The notes beneath the pieces were generated by a model that saw only the letters and a program-made list of their open reading frames with translations, did no database searches and was not told the DNA's origin. DNA of 64,000 bases from Cetorhinus maximus (lineage: Eukaryota). Below, piece by piece: positions 50,595-62,000 of the stretch (the stretch's first letter is position 1; the number at the start of each line of letters is the position of its first letter). A program made the position numbers and the translations under genes. The stretch spans positions 133,424,001 to 133,488,000 of the forward strand of contig NC_135888.1 of assembly GCF_964194155.1 (NCBI RefSeq), given 5' to 3'.

Positions 50595-50951
50595 AAGGAG
50601 CTGGTGGTATAGCTTTAATGTCACTGGACTAGTAATCCAGAGGCTCAGGCTAATGCTCTGGGGACATGGGTTCAAATCCCACCACAGCAACTAGTGAAGC
50701 TTTAATTCAACTAATAAACATGAAATAGAAAGCTAGTCTTGGTAATGGTGAACATGATAACTATCGTCAATTTTTACAAAAACCTACCTGGTTCCCCAAT
50801 GTCCTTTCGGGGAGGAAATCTGCTGCCCTTACCTGGTCTGGCCTACAGGTGACTCCAGACCCACAGCAATGTGGTTGACTGTTAACTGCCCTCTGAAATG
50901 GTGGAACAAGCCACTCAGTTCAAAGGCAATTAATGATGGGCAACAAATGCT
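50595..50951 (+). mobile_element. Family A partner SINE, fused to the downstream LINE
   Basis: B-box ggttcaaatccc; homologous to 8570-8932. Confidence 0.88.
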
Positions 50952-52900
50952 AGGAGCAGCACCAGGCATACCTAAAAATGAGGTGTCAACCTGGCGAAGC
51001 AGTAACACGGGATTACTTGCATGCCAAACAGCATAAGCAGTGATAGACAGAGCTAAGCAATCCTGCAACCAACAGATCAGATCTAAGCTCTGCAGTCCTG
51101 CCACATCCAGTTGTGAATGGTGATGGACAATTAAACAACTCACTGGACGAGGAGGCTCCACAAATATCCCCATCCTCAATGATGGAGGAGCCCAGCACAG
51201 CAGTGCAAAAGATAAGCCTGAAGCATTTACTACAATCTTCAGCCAGAAATGCCAAGTAGATGATCCATCTCAGCCTCCTCCGGAGGTTCCCAGCATCACA
51301 GATGCCAGTCTTCAGCCAATTCAATTCACTCCACGTGATATCAAGAAACGGCTGAAGGCACTGGATACTGCAAAGTCTATGGGCCCTGACAATATTCCGG
51401 CAATAATACTGAAGACTTGTGCTCCAGAACTTCCCACGCCCTTAGCCAAGCGGTTTCAGTACAGCTCCAACACTGACATCTACCCGGCTATGTGGAAAAT
51501 TGCCCAGTTATGTCATGTACACAAAAAGCAGGACAAATCCAACACAGCCAATTACCGCCCCATCAATCTACTCTCCATCATCAGTAAAGTAATGGAAGGG
51601 GTCATCAACAGTGCTATCAAGCGGCACTTGCTCGGCAATAATCTGCTCACTGATGCCTAGTTTGGGTTCCGCCAGGGTCACTCAGCTCCTGACCTCATTA
51701 CAGCCTTGGCTCAAACATGGACAAAAGAGTTGAACTCCCGGGGTGAGGTGAGAGTGACTGCCCTCGACACCAAGGCTGCATTTGACCGAGTGTGACATCA
51801 AGGAGTCCTAGCAAAACTGGATTCAATGGGAATCAGGGGGAAAACTCTCCAGTGGTTGGCGTCATACCTAGCACAAAGGAAGATGGTTGTGGTTGTTGGA
51901 GGTCAGTCATCTCAGCTCCAGGACATCACTGCAGGAGTTCCTCAGGGTAGTGTCCTCGGCCCAACCATCTTCAGCTGCTTCATCAATGATCTTCCTTCCA
52001 TCATAAGATCAGAAGTGGGGATGTTCTCTGATGATTGCACAATGTTCAGCACCATTCACAACTCCTCAGATACTGAATCAGTCCATGTCCAAATGCAGCA
52101 AGACCTGGACAATATCTAGGCTTGGGCTGACAAGTGGCAAGTAACATTTGCGCCACACAAGTGTCAGGCAATGACCATCTCCAACAAGAGAGGATCCAAC
52201 CATCGTTTCTGGATGTTCAATGGCATTACCATCACTGAATCCTCCACTATCAACATCCTGGGGGTTACCATTGACCAGAAACTGAACTGGACTAGACATA
52301 TAAATACTGTAGCTACAAGAGCAGGTCAGAGGCTAGGAATTGTGCGACAAGTAACTCACCTCCTGACTCCCCAAAGCCTGTCCACCATCTACAAGGTACA
52401 AGTCAGGAGTGTGATGGAATACTCCCCACTTGCCTGGATGAATGCAGCTCAACAACACTCAGGAAGCTTGACACCATCCAGGACAAAGCAGCCCACTTGA
52501 TTGGCACCACACCTGCAAATATTCACTCCCTCCACCACCGACGTACAATAACAGCAGCGTTTACCATCTACAAGACGCACTGCATGAATTCACCAAGGCT
52601 CCTTAGACAGCACCTTCCAAACCCAAAACCACTACCATCTAGAAGGACAAGGGCAGCAGATAAATGGGAACACCACCACCTGGAAGTTCCTCTCCAAGTC
52701 ACTCACCATCCTGACTTGGAAATATATCGCCGTTCCTTCACTGTCGCTGAGTCAAAATTCTGGAACTCCCTCCCTAACAGCACTGTGGGTGTAGCTACAC
52801 CACATGGACTACAGTGGCTCACCACCACCTTCTCAAGGGCAGTTAAATGCTGGCCCAGCCAGCGAAGCCCACATCCCATGAATGAATTTTTTTAAAAATT
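50952..52900 (+). mobile_element. Family A LINE, RT domain to 3' end
   Basis: GPDNIPAIILKTCAPEL, NYRPINLLS, GVPQGSVLGP, FSDDCT. Confidence 0.95.
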
Positions 52901-53120
52901 ATACAAAGCAGTACAACTGGCCAAACAGGCAAACAGCTGAGGCAGAATAAGGCTGTTGTTCGAGATGCAAGGGAAGGTTCCCAGGAACAGTCGGATAAAG
53001 TTGTTCAATTTGTGGGTTCCAGGACCTTAGGTGTAGCGAGACAACAGGCTGGGTAATGCCCTTGAAAGATGCCAACCGTCATTTTCCAACGTCTCCAATG
53101 TGACAGGAAGAAGGTTCACA

Positions 53121-53293
53121 CCAGCTTATATTTCACCCCTCTCCTATTTTTACTTAGTTCTGTTGAAGGGTCATGAGGACTCAAAACGTCAACTGTGCTC
53201 TTCTCCGCCGATGCTGCCAGACCTGCTGAGTTTTTCCAGGTATTTTTTATTTTTTGTTTTGGATTTCCAGCATCCGCAGTTTTTTGTTTTTAT
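53121..53293 (+). mobile_element. Penelope pseudo-LTR fragment with a hammerhead fold (53156-53194)
   Basis: AGTT-CTGTTGA-A-GGGTC-atgag-GACTC-AAAA-cg-TC-AACT; tail homologous to 46740-46840. Confidence 0.78.
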
Positions 53294-54086
53294 CACAGGT
53301 GGGAAGAATGTCCCGCCCAACTTGTGCAATTTTAAAGTGATCTATTATTCCAAGAAATCTGCGTGCGCAAGGGAGAAATGGAACTCTGCCAAAGGAGCCT
53401 CCATCCAAGAAATTCAAGACTCTGGCGACCTGGAAAGCACTTTCCTAGGAGAAATAACAGAAATCACGGATTATGAAAACCAGCTTTGAAGTGCTGACAT
53501 TAAAGTAAATGGGCATCTCACTGAATTCAAACTAGACACAGGAGCGGATGTCTCAGTGTTATCTGAATAAGTTTCATGGCTGAATGATGTAAATCTGCAA
53601 CCTCCCTCTAACTTCAAGGTGCAGGAGGTGTCACAATAAGAGCATTAGGGCAGATGCAAGCTTTCCTTCACTATCATGGGAGTGAGATCATTGATACCCT
53701 GTATGTCCTTCCAAATCAGCAGTGTTCTTTATTAAACAGACATGCTTGTGCGGCTTTGAATCTCCTCTACTCCCCAGCTGCGGCCGAAACTGAAGTCAAC
53801 TCATTACGTAGTGAGCCAGTCTTTATTGAAGAAACATCATCCACTAGACCGCCGGAAGGAGATTGCAGATCTTTCACTTCTCTTTGAGGACAGGACAGGA
53901 GAGGTGGAAACAGAATGCGCCAACAATGACGGTGATCAGCCGCTCGAGGAACTTCTGGGCCTGGGTTTGCTCTTTCGAGAAAGAGTTCAAGAGAATGAAG
54001 CCACCGCAGAGGCAGATCTGTTGGAAGAAGAGGTCATGGACCTTACTACACTCCTTGACTCCACTGCCAATGATCGTGAAGCCTTT

Positions 54087-54284
54087 AATAAAAACAGAAA
54101 ATGCTGGAAAAACTCAGCAGGTCTGACAGCATCTGTGGAGAGAGAAACAGAGTTAACGTTTCGAGTCTGTAATTCCCTTCTTCAGAGCTCGAAAGGTTAA
54201 CTCTGTTTCTCTCTCCACAGATGCTGTCAGCATTTTCTGTTTTTATTTCAGATTTCCAGCATCCGCAGTATTTTGCTTTTATAC
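54087..54284. mobile_element. Palindromic Penelope-derived element with an intact-core hammerhead on the minus strand
   Basis: Exact 12-bp TSD CGTGAAGCCTTT (54075-54086, 54285-54296); inverted arms centred on gagctc; minus strand gagct-CTGAAGA-a-gggaattacagactc-GAAA-cg-TT-aactc. Confidence 0.88.
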
Positions 54285-55019
54285 CGTGAAGCCTTTGTTG
54301 CCTCTTTTGAGGTGAATTGTCCTTTGGTTGAAGATGGTAACAAAGAGATGAATTTGCCTGCTTATTCCACTGAACCCACTGCTGACATGCATCAACAATT
54401 ACAAGCAGCCGGCAAAAAGCTACGAGGCTCTTAACTCCAAATTGAATCAAACCAATAGCGAATGTTCAGAATGGCAATTAGACCTTCTGGGGCACTTTCT
54501 CCTGAGTTGAGTTTGTAGAGCCGGGTATTTTCCCGAACCTGTCCTCCCGACTCAGGAGCAAAAAATTCAGGCCTAAGTGTGAGTTTTAAAAGCCCTAGAG
54601 TAGGCCAAGGATGTGCCTCATGGAGATGAAGATGCTCCATAGTGATGAGCACTTGGAGAGTGAGCTTGGGGGTGAAATTCAAATTTGGCAGCTGAAAGTT
54701 CAGAATGAGTGATAGTGGATTCCCCGCCCATCATACAAGCTACATGTGTGTCCTGAGAGACTCAGTTCTATTGTTCAGGAGGGAAGGCGGGGATGAGATA
54801 CCTCAGGAATTGGTGGCAAGCTGATGCCAAATTTTGTTTGAAAGTGCGACATTAGAAGGAGGAAGCAAGGAGCTCCCTAGCGTCAAGTTACATTTGCTTC
54901 CTTCCATTATGTCTTGGGCCAGTTTATACCTCTTACCCCCTGGAGCCAATAGTCCCAACAGGAGACGAATCCCAACAGGAGATCGATCCCAACCGAAGAT
55001 CAATTCAAACAGAAGGTCA

Positions 55020-56262
55020 ATTCCAACAGAGGATATTGGGCCAGGTGAAGAAGTTTTAAGGACAATTCTAAAGGAGGAGAGAGCAGTAGAGGGGGGGAGA
55101 GGCTTAAGAAGGTAATTGTAGAGCTTAGAGCTGGTAAGGTTGCCAGCTCTAGCTGGACATATTCCAGAAGGTGTCAACGGGAAGCGATGTCATGGAAAGC
55201 CAGTGGTGTAGTGCAAGCGGGAGAAACTAGCTCCTCTGTGGGGGAAAATCAAGGAAGGAGACAATAATCGTAAAGTTAGAGCTGTACCCAACAAACAGGC
55301 ACTCCACTCGTCAACCTGCTAGTTTCTGATGGTCAGCTCTTACACCGAGCAGCTGACAAATAGGGCTTCTTGAAGCCAATGTTCCCATTAAGCTGACCCT
55401 GTGTGTGAGGGCACAGTGACCTGCACAGGTCTTGCTCTGCGTTAAATGCAGAGCGTGAGCAGCCGGGCAAAAACATGAGAAGATATCACACCTTGAAGGT
55501 ATTGGGCATTGGGTGCCCATGTCAACAACATTTAGGGGTGCAAACAGGCTGGCTTCATGAAAAATAATTTTTCGAAAGAAAACCTGATTACCTTTTCCTG
55601 AACCGCCTCCAACAACCCCTTTAAGAACGGTAAGCAACACACTGAGGGTGCAGGCCCCGCACTTGCAGTGTCAGCTGCCTGCATTGAGGATGGCACAGAC
55701 CAAACAAACACAGAAGAGAACTTATCGCGCCCCCCCCAACCCCTGCCCCCCAACGCCCCCCACTGGCCCCCCTGCCCCCTTCACCAGCAGTGCCACTCAA
55801 TGACATCATCAGGCACGTGCGCAGGATGGATACTAGCAAACAAGGAAGCAGGTGCGTTCCGATCTCCCGGTAAGCTTTCTTTGGCCAGCGGGAGATGGGT
55901 GCCGATTCCCATTAGGCTCTTGGCCTTTCTTGGGAGGGTTAGCAACCCTGAAAGCGGAAAGCATGCCCGCCAGTTGGGATGAGTAAAATTTGGGATATGC
56001 AAGAGGCCAGATCTGGAGGTACGCATGTTTCTCGCAGGGTTGTAAGGCGGGGGCAGGTTACAGAGATAGTTGGGGTGGGGTGGGGGGAAAAGCCATGAAA
56101 GGGTTTGAAAACATGGAAGAGAATTTTAAAGTTGAGCTGCCGCTCAGCCGGAAGCCAATGTAGGCCAGCGAACACGGGGGAGGTGGCTGAACGGGATCTG
56201 GTGCAAGTTGAGTTACGGACAGCAGCGTTTTGAATGAGCTCAAGTTTTATGAAGGGTAGAGT
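55020..56262 (-). mobile_element. L2 fragment interrupted by an hAT-like MITE (~55135-55950)
   Basis: L2 motif FAGLHWLP..NFKIL; insert bounded by aaggttgccagc / gttagcaaccct. Confidence 0.65.
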
Positions 56263-56619
56263 TTATTCTTGGATCAGTTCAAACCATATTTGCAGATTCA
56301 GAGCAATTCAAGTCGCAAATACTTTCTCAAATTTTTGAAACCCAACCTTTTTTTAAACTCTTTTATAAATAGGGAGTGTTTTAATCCTTTGTTTAGAAGC
56401 TGGTACTGGGTATCTTGGATTTCATCAGTTTTGGTTCCTTTTTTGCCGATGACGCAGATCAGAGGTTTTACAAACTTAACTTATTTAAAGACACGATCCT
56501 GAAGGGTCATCACTCTTCCCCATTTAGTAAGAGTTAATTCCCAGGATCGCACACACGAGAGATGCTTCTTACCAGGGGCAGGGCAGGCTTCACTGTTTTT
56601 TGATGGAGTAAATAAAGGG

Positions 56620-56920
56620 AAACTGGCAGCAGGGTTACTGACCAGGGGACACAAATTTAAGACAATTAGAGAACCAGAGGTGACATGAGGAAACATTTCT
56701 TTTACATAGCCAGTTGTTGTGGCCTGGAAGGCATTGCCTGAAAGGATGATAGAAGCAGATTCAATAGTAACTTTCAAAAGGCAATTGGATAAATACTTGA
56801 TTTAAGAAAAAATCACAGGGCTAAGAGGAAGGGGACTAATTGGATAGTACCACCAAAGAACAAACATTGGTATGGTTGGCTGAATGGCCTCCTTCTGTGC
56901 TGTAAGATTCTATGATTCCA
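56620..56920 (+). mobile_element. CR1 3' end
   Basis: accaggggacacaaatttaag..tgaatggcctccttctgtgctg..attctatgattc. Confidence 0.85.
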
Positions 56921-57299
56921 TAATTTGCTGGAGAAACAAACATTTAATTTGGGTTTAAGAGCTGTAAAAGCAGAAGCAGGGAGAGGCCATTCAGCCCCTT
57001 AAGCCATTCCGCCATTCCATTCCATCATGACTAATCTGTTTCTCAACTCCTTTGACCTTTAGTCTTTGATCCATATTCAAAATCATTAAATAAAAGAAAC
57101 TTTCTCCCCTGGCTGAAGGGTCAGTATCCAGAGGTCACAAGGGTAAGGTGAAAGTAGGAACAGAGGTTAAATGAGGAAAATCCTTTTTACACAGCGAGTT
57201 CAAGCTATTCTAGAATGTTGATCAGAAATGAAAGGAAGTTCGAGAAGCCGCTGTCTTTTCCCACTGACTTTCTGATTTTCTATGGTTTGCAGGTCCATT

Positions 57300-57690
57300 C
57301 CAGGACTTTAGCCTGTAACCTAGGTTGACACTCCCAGTGTCAGTCCTGAGAGGGTGCTGCACTGTTACAGGTGTTGTCTTTGGATGAGATGTCAAAGCAA
57401 GGCTCGGTCTGCCCTTTCAGGTGAACACGAAAGATCCCAAGTCCACTCTTTCAAAGAAGATCAGGAGAGTTCTGCCCAATTTCCAGGGAGCATATTTATC
57501 CTTCAACCATCATCACTGAAAACAAATTATTTGGTGGTTACCTCATTGCCGTGTGTGGGAGCTTGCTTTTTGCAACTTGGCTGCCATATTTCTCACAACA
57601 GTAACTAGACTTCACACATACTTCATTGACTGTGAAGCGCTTTGGGATGTCCTGAGGTTATAGAAGATGCTATACAAATGCAAGTCCTTT
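57300..57690 (+). mobile_element. Deu-domain SINE
   Basis: Core plus tail gcgctttgggatgtcctgagg..gctatacaaatgcaag. Confidence 0.8.
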
Positions 57691-57964
57691 CTCACTGTAT
57701 CTCTCTGCCTAGATTGGGCCAATGGCATGTCTCATCGCTAACCATCTTGTGATCATAAGTGACATCTTGCTGCTGCAGAATGGCTGTTGTTGGTTGTCTA
57801 TTTAACAGAAGTAGGTGAGGTTGTTTTTGACGCAATTTGGGACATTTCTGACAGGGAAAAAGACACAGTAGGACGTGTGACCTCTAACCACTGACCCCAG
57901 GGCTTCTCATTCAGTTTCCTTGTATTTTTGCTTTCAAAACCCCTCATAATTTTGTACTATTGCT

Positions 57965-58610
57965 CATAACTATAAGATGGTCACAAATAAATCCAGTATT
58001 GAATTTGGAAGAAACTCCTTGACCAGAGTGGTGAGAACATGGAACTCACGTACTGAAACATATAAGATCCTGAGGGGACTTGACAGGGTGGATGCTGAAA
58101 GGGTGTTTCCCTTTGCGGGAGAAACTACAACTAGGGACCACAACTTAAAATAAGGGGTTTCCCATTTAAGATGGGGATGAGGAGAAATTTTTCTCTCAGA
58201 GGGTCATGAGTCTCTGGAACACTCTCCTCCACAGAGCGGTAGAGGCAGGGTCATTGAATATTTTTAAGACAGAGTTAGATAGATTCTAAACTTGACTAAC
58301 AAGGAAGTCAAGGGTTATCGGGGGAAAAGCGGGAATGTGGAGTTGAGGCCACAATCAGATCAGGCCAGCCATGAGCTTATCAACTGGTGGAGCCGCCCCG
58401 AGGGGCTGAATGGCCTACTCCTGCTTCTAATTCGTACATTTGTATATATACTCACTACCACAGGGAGTGGCTGAGGTGAATAGCATGGATACATTTAAGG
58501 GGAAGATAGATAAACACATGAGGGAGGAAGGAATAGAAGGATATGTTGAAGGGGTGAAATGAAGTGGAGTGGGAGGAGTCCTGTATGGAGTCGAATGGTC
58601 TGTTTCTTGT
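57965..58610 (+). mobile_element. CR1 (58050-58449) nested in another CR1
   Basis: TSD ACTCAC at 58044-58049 and 58450-58455; the outer element rejoins as tggaactcac+taccacagggagtgg. Confidence 0.8.
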
Positions 58611-58659
58611 ACATTTACACAATCCCCCTACGATCTTAAATTGAGAATCAAAGGAGAGA

Positions 58660-59470
58660 GTTCAAACCACAAATCAGGGAGTGTAATGGAATACAATCCA
58701 CATGTCAGGAAGTTCAACAGTATCCAGGATTAAGTAGCCTCCTCAAACATCCAGTCCCTCCACCACCAACACACTGTGGCTCCAGTCTGTACCATCAGGC
58801 TACCTAAGAGAACAGATAAGGTAAGTTGAGAGAACCTGTTTCGGGAAGCTAACTCGATTGTGCATTGTCTAAAAATTAGAGTCAGTCCTTTCAGGAGTGA
58901 ATTGAGAGAACACTTCTACACACACAGGGTGGTAGAAGTTTAGAATTCTCTCCCACATATAATAAATGTTGGATCAATTGTTAATTTTAAAACTGAGATT
59001 GATAGATCTTTATTAACCAGTGGCATGCAGGGATATGAGGCAAAGACAGCTATAAATGGAGTTAGGTCACAGATCAGCCATGATCTCATTGAATAGCGGA
59101 ACAAGCTTGGGGAGTTATATGTTCTCCTCTTTTTCCCATGTTCCTGTCTACAGGATGCACTGTAGTAATTCGCCAAGGCTCCTTCCCGCTTCCAAACCCA
59201 CGATCCCTAGAAAGACAAGGGCAGAAGCTAGATGGGAACACCACCACCTGGAAGTTCCCCTCCAAGCCACTCACCATCCTGACTTGGAAATATATCAGCC
59301 GCTCCTTCACTGTCGCTGGGTCAAAATCCTGGAACTAACAGCACTGTGGGTGTACCTACACCACATGGACTGCAACGGTTCAAGAAGGCAGCTCACCACC
59401 ACCTTCTCAAGGGGCAATCAGGGATGGGCAATAAATGTTGGCTTTGCCAGCGATGTTTTCAGCCTGAGAG
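58660..59470 (+). mobile_element. Family A LINE 3' end with a nested CR1 (~58800-59145)
   Basis: tgtaccatc | tacaggatgcactg rejoin across the insert. Confidence 0.8.
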
Positions 59471-59639
59471 TTAATTTTATAGAAGTAACCAAAGAAGCTT
59501 TGGTTAGATGACATCAGATTTGGGTTTTAGAATCCAGTAAGTTTTTGTTCCCATCGTGACACAAAGCACTTAATGGGAACACTTAACCATTTCACATGGC
59601 TGGAGATTATTAAAGCCCAAACATTTTGGGGAAGTTTTG

Positions 59640-60075
59640 AACAGTGTCAGCTGTGTCTCAGTGGGTAGTTCTCTCTCTCTCTCACACACCTCTGAGTCAG
59701 AAGATTGTGTATTAAGTCTCCAGAGGCTTGGTTTCATAAACTCAGCTGACACTCCAGTGCTGTGCTGAGAGAGTGCTTCACAGTCTTTGAATGAGATGCT
59801 AAACTTTGGCTCTCTCAGGTGAATATAAAGGATGCAAAGGTACAAATTGAAGAGTTCTCCCTGGTGTCCAGGCCAATATTTATCCCTTGACCAACATGAC
59901 AGAAAACAGATGATCTGGTCATTGCCCCATTGTGGTTTGTGGGAGTTTGCTGCGTGCAAATTGGTTACCGTCTTTCCTACATTACAATTGTGACCATACT
60001 TCAAAAAGGTTTGAATTGGATGCAAAGCATTTTGGGGCATTGTGAAAGCCATTATTAAAGATACAAGTTCGTTGT
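59640..60075 (+). mobile_element. Deu-domain SINE, near full length
   Basis: tRNA head, core gggagtttgctgcgtgcaaattgg, L2-like tail. Confidence 0.82.
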
Positions 60076-61699
60076 TCATAATTAGGCAACAGAAATTTTA
60101 CATTTTCTTTCCCCACTTTTCATCTCCTCTCTTTAGCAGCCACCTGGCATAGACCGAGCCCAGAATATGGACTGAGATCTGTCCCTGCTCATCCATCACA
60201 GCTTCATCAGGTGTGCAGCAGATACCCTGTATAATTGGGGTTTCCGATGCTCTTCAGAAGGGACCATCTTGGGGCAAACACTGGGCCCGAGTCCTGAAGT
60301 AGGGGCCTTTTTGCCTAAACAGAATGGCCCTCATTCCTGCCTTCTGACTCCCCTTTCCCATCCTGCCTTGTGACACAGTCAGACAGAACATTCAATTAAG
60401 AACCATGACCTGAATATCTTCAATCACAAAATGTTCTGAAAGGCATGTCCCATTCACTCATTACCCTCGCTGACCTACATTGGCTTCCAGTTCACCGACA
60501 CCTTGATGTTTTTAAAGTTCTTACTCTCACGTTCAAATCCTCCCATGGCCTCGCCTACCCCTCCTCCCACCACCCTATCGCTGTAACTTCCTCCAGGTCT
60601 ACAACCCTCCAAAATCTCCAAATCTAGCCTTTTGTCTATCCCCCAATTCCTTTGCACCCTACCCTCAGCTGCCCAGGCCCTAAGCTCCCGAATGAGCGCC
60701 CTAAACTTCCCAGCCTCTCCAGCTCGCCCCTATCCATGAAGGAAAAAAAAACAGTTCAGACCAGTTCAAGATTGAACTGACCTGCAGTAGTAGGAGCTGG
60801 CTTTGAACTGGTGATTGCTGGATTCTACTGGAGGCAGCCGCTTAACTGGTGATTCTGCTGGTCTCATCTGAAATCCAGTCGACACTCCCAATTGCTGAAT
60901 TGGCACCAGTATTTTTCAGCCCACTTCAGCAGGATTCAGTTCACCTTTTGCCAATTTTACTAAAACTAGTTCAGCAGTGAAAAGCTCGTTCTCATCCCTC
61001 TCTGTCCCCTCCGGCTGTCTTCCTCTCTCTCTCTCTCTGCCAACCCCTCACCACCATCGCCACCACACCCGCTCCCCCCCGGCCAGGACCAACCCCAGCC
61101 CGTTCTCCCTCTCAATGTCCCTCCTCCCCAGTCACCACCCTCCCAGCTCCTGCACCCGCTAACCTTTAATTTTATATTGTCTCTTCTCGCGATTGGATGT
61201 TTTCTCTTCGTAGGAACCTATTGGAGGGGCATGTTCATTGTCTTATTTTGACATTTGTTTTTTTGTGGAGGGATAAGGTTGCAAGAATTATATAAGTTGC
61301 GATTTCAAAGGGGCTTCACACATGTTGAAATCTATGCCTAATCTTAAACGACTGTTGAGAATAAGCTGGGCATTTGCGTAAACGAATACATATTGCAGGA
61401 CACAAAAACAATATAAAGATTTGTTCATGATCTTAATCATGGACCTTATTTTTTTTATCCCATTATTATTCATGAGGATTGGATTTACCCTGGACCCAGC
61501 AGGCGCTTGACAAATGTCTCTGGGTCGTACAGCCTGGCCAATTAAATGCATCAATTCCCCTGTTCCCACTGCCCCCTCCCCAACACTCCTTCCCCCACAA
61601 TTGCAGCACCTCCCCCCTTCCCCCTCCCCCCTCGTCATCCCCCCCCTCAACCACTCCAAACTCCTCCTACCTCCCACCCCCCCACCCCCAGAACACAGC

Positions 61700-62000
61700 A
61701 TCCTTTTCCCGCCAGTGAGCTGCTGTCCGGGGGCGGGGCTGGAACCGTAAGTAATGGCGGAAGGCCGGGGTGAACTGCGTGGCCGTTGTGGGAGAACCGT
61801 TAACCGGCGGGAGACAGAGGCGGAGGAGTGATGGGGCTGAGGGAGTCCAGGGTGGGGGGGGAAGAGGGGCGAGTCCGACTCTCTCTGGGGGGGGTGGGGT
61901 GAGCCTGCAGCATCATCCTGTTCCGACTTGGAGAGGGTGGGGTGGGATGGGGAGGGGGGGTGCGGTGAGGGATTTGCTCCGATGTCAGGTTCGGCACGAT
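61700..62000. promoter_or_regulatory. GC/CpG-rich promoter-like island with a GC box and a candidate + strand splice donor
   Basis: GGGGCGGGGC at ~61730, acc|GTAAGT at 61747, and locally frequent CpG in an otherwise CpG-poor window. Confidence 0.35.

Larger units (their letters stand above)
49900..54450 (+). mobile_element. Gypsy LTR retrotransposon remnant (LTR end, PBS, gag, protease) carrying SINE, LINE and Penelope insertions
   Basis: ..taaca (50094) then TGGTGGCAGCG (50097-50107, tRNA-Leu type); gag WQNWRKCFT*YRNASGL..VSSLLYTVG, NIVLERAKFN; protease IKVNGHLTEFKLDTGADVSVL (~53499-53561). No RT or 3' LTR seen. Confidence 0.82.

Noticed and set aside
50595-50690. tRNA gene
   Set aside because: The A/B-box-like head continues into a SINE body, and no full cloverleaf is evident.
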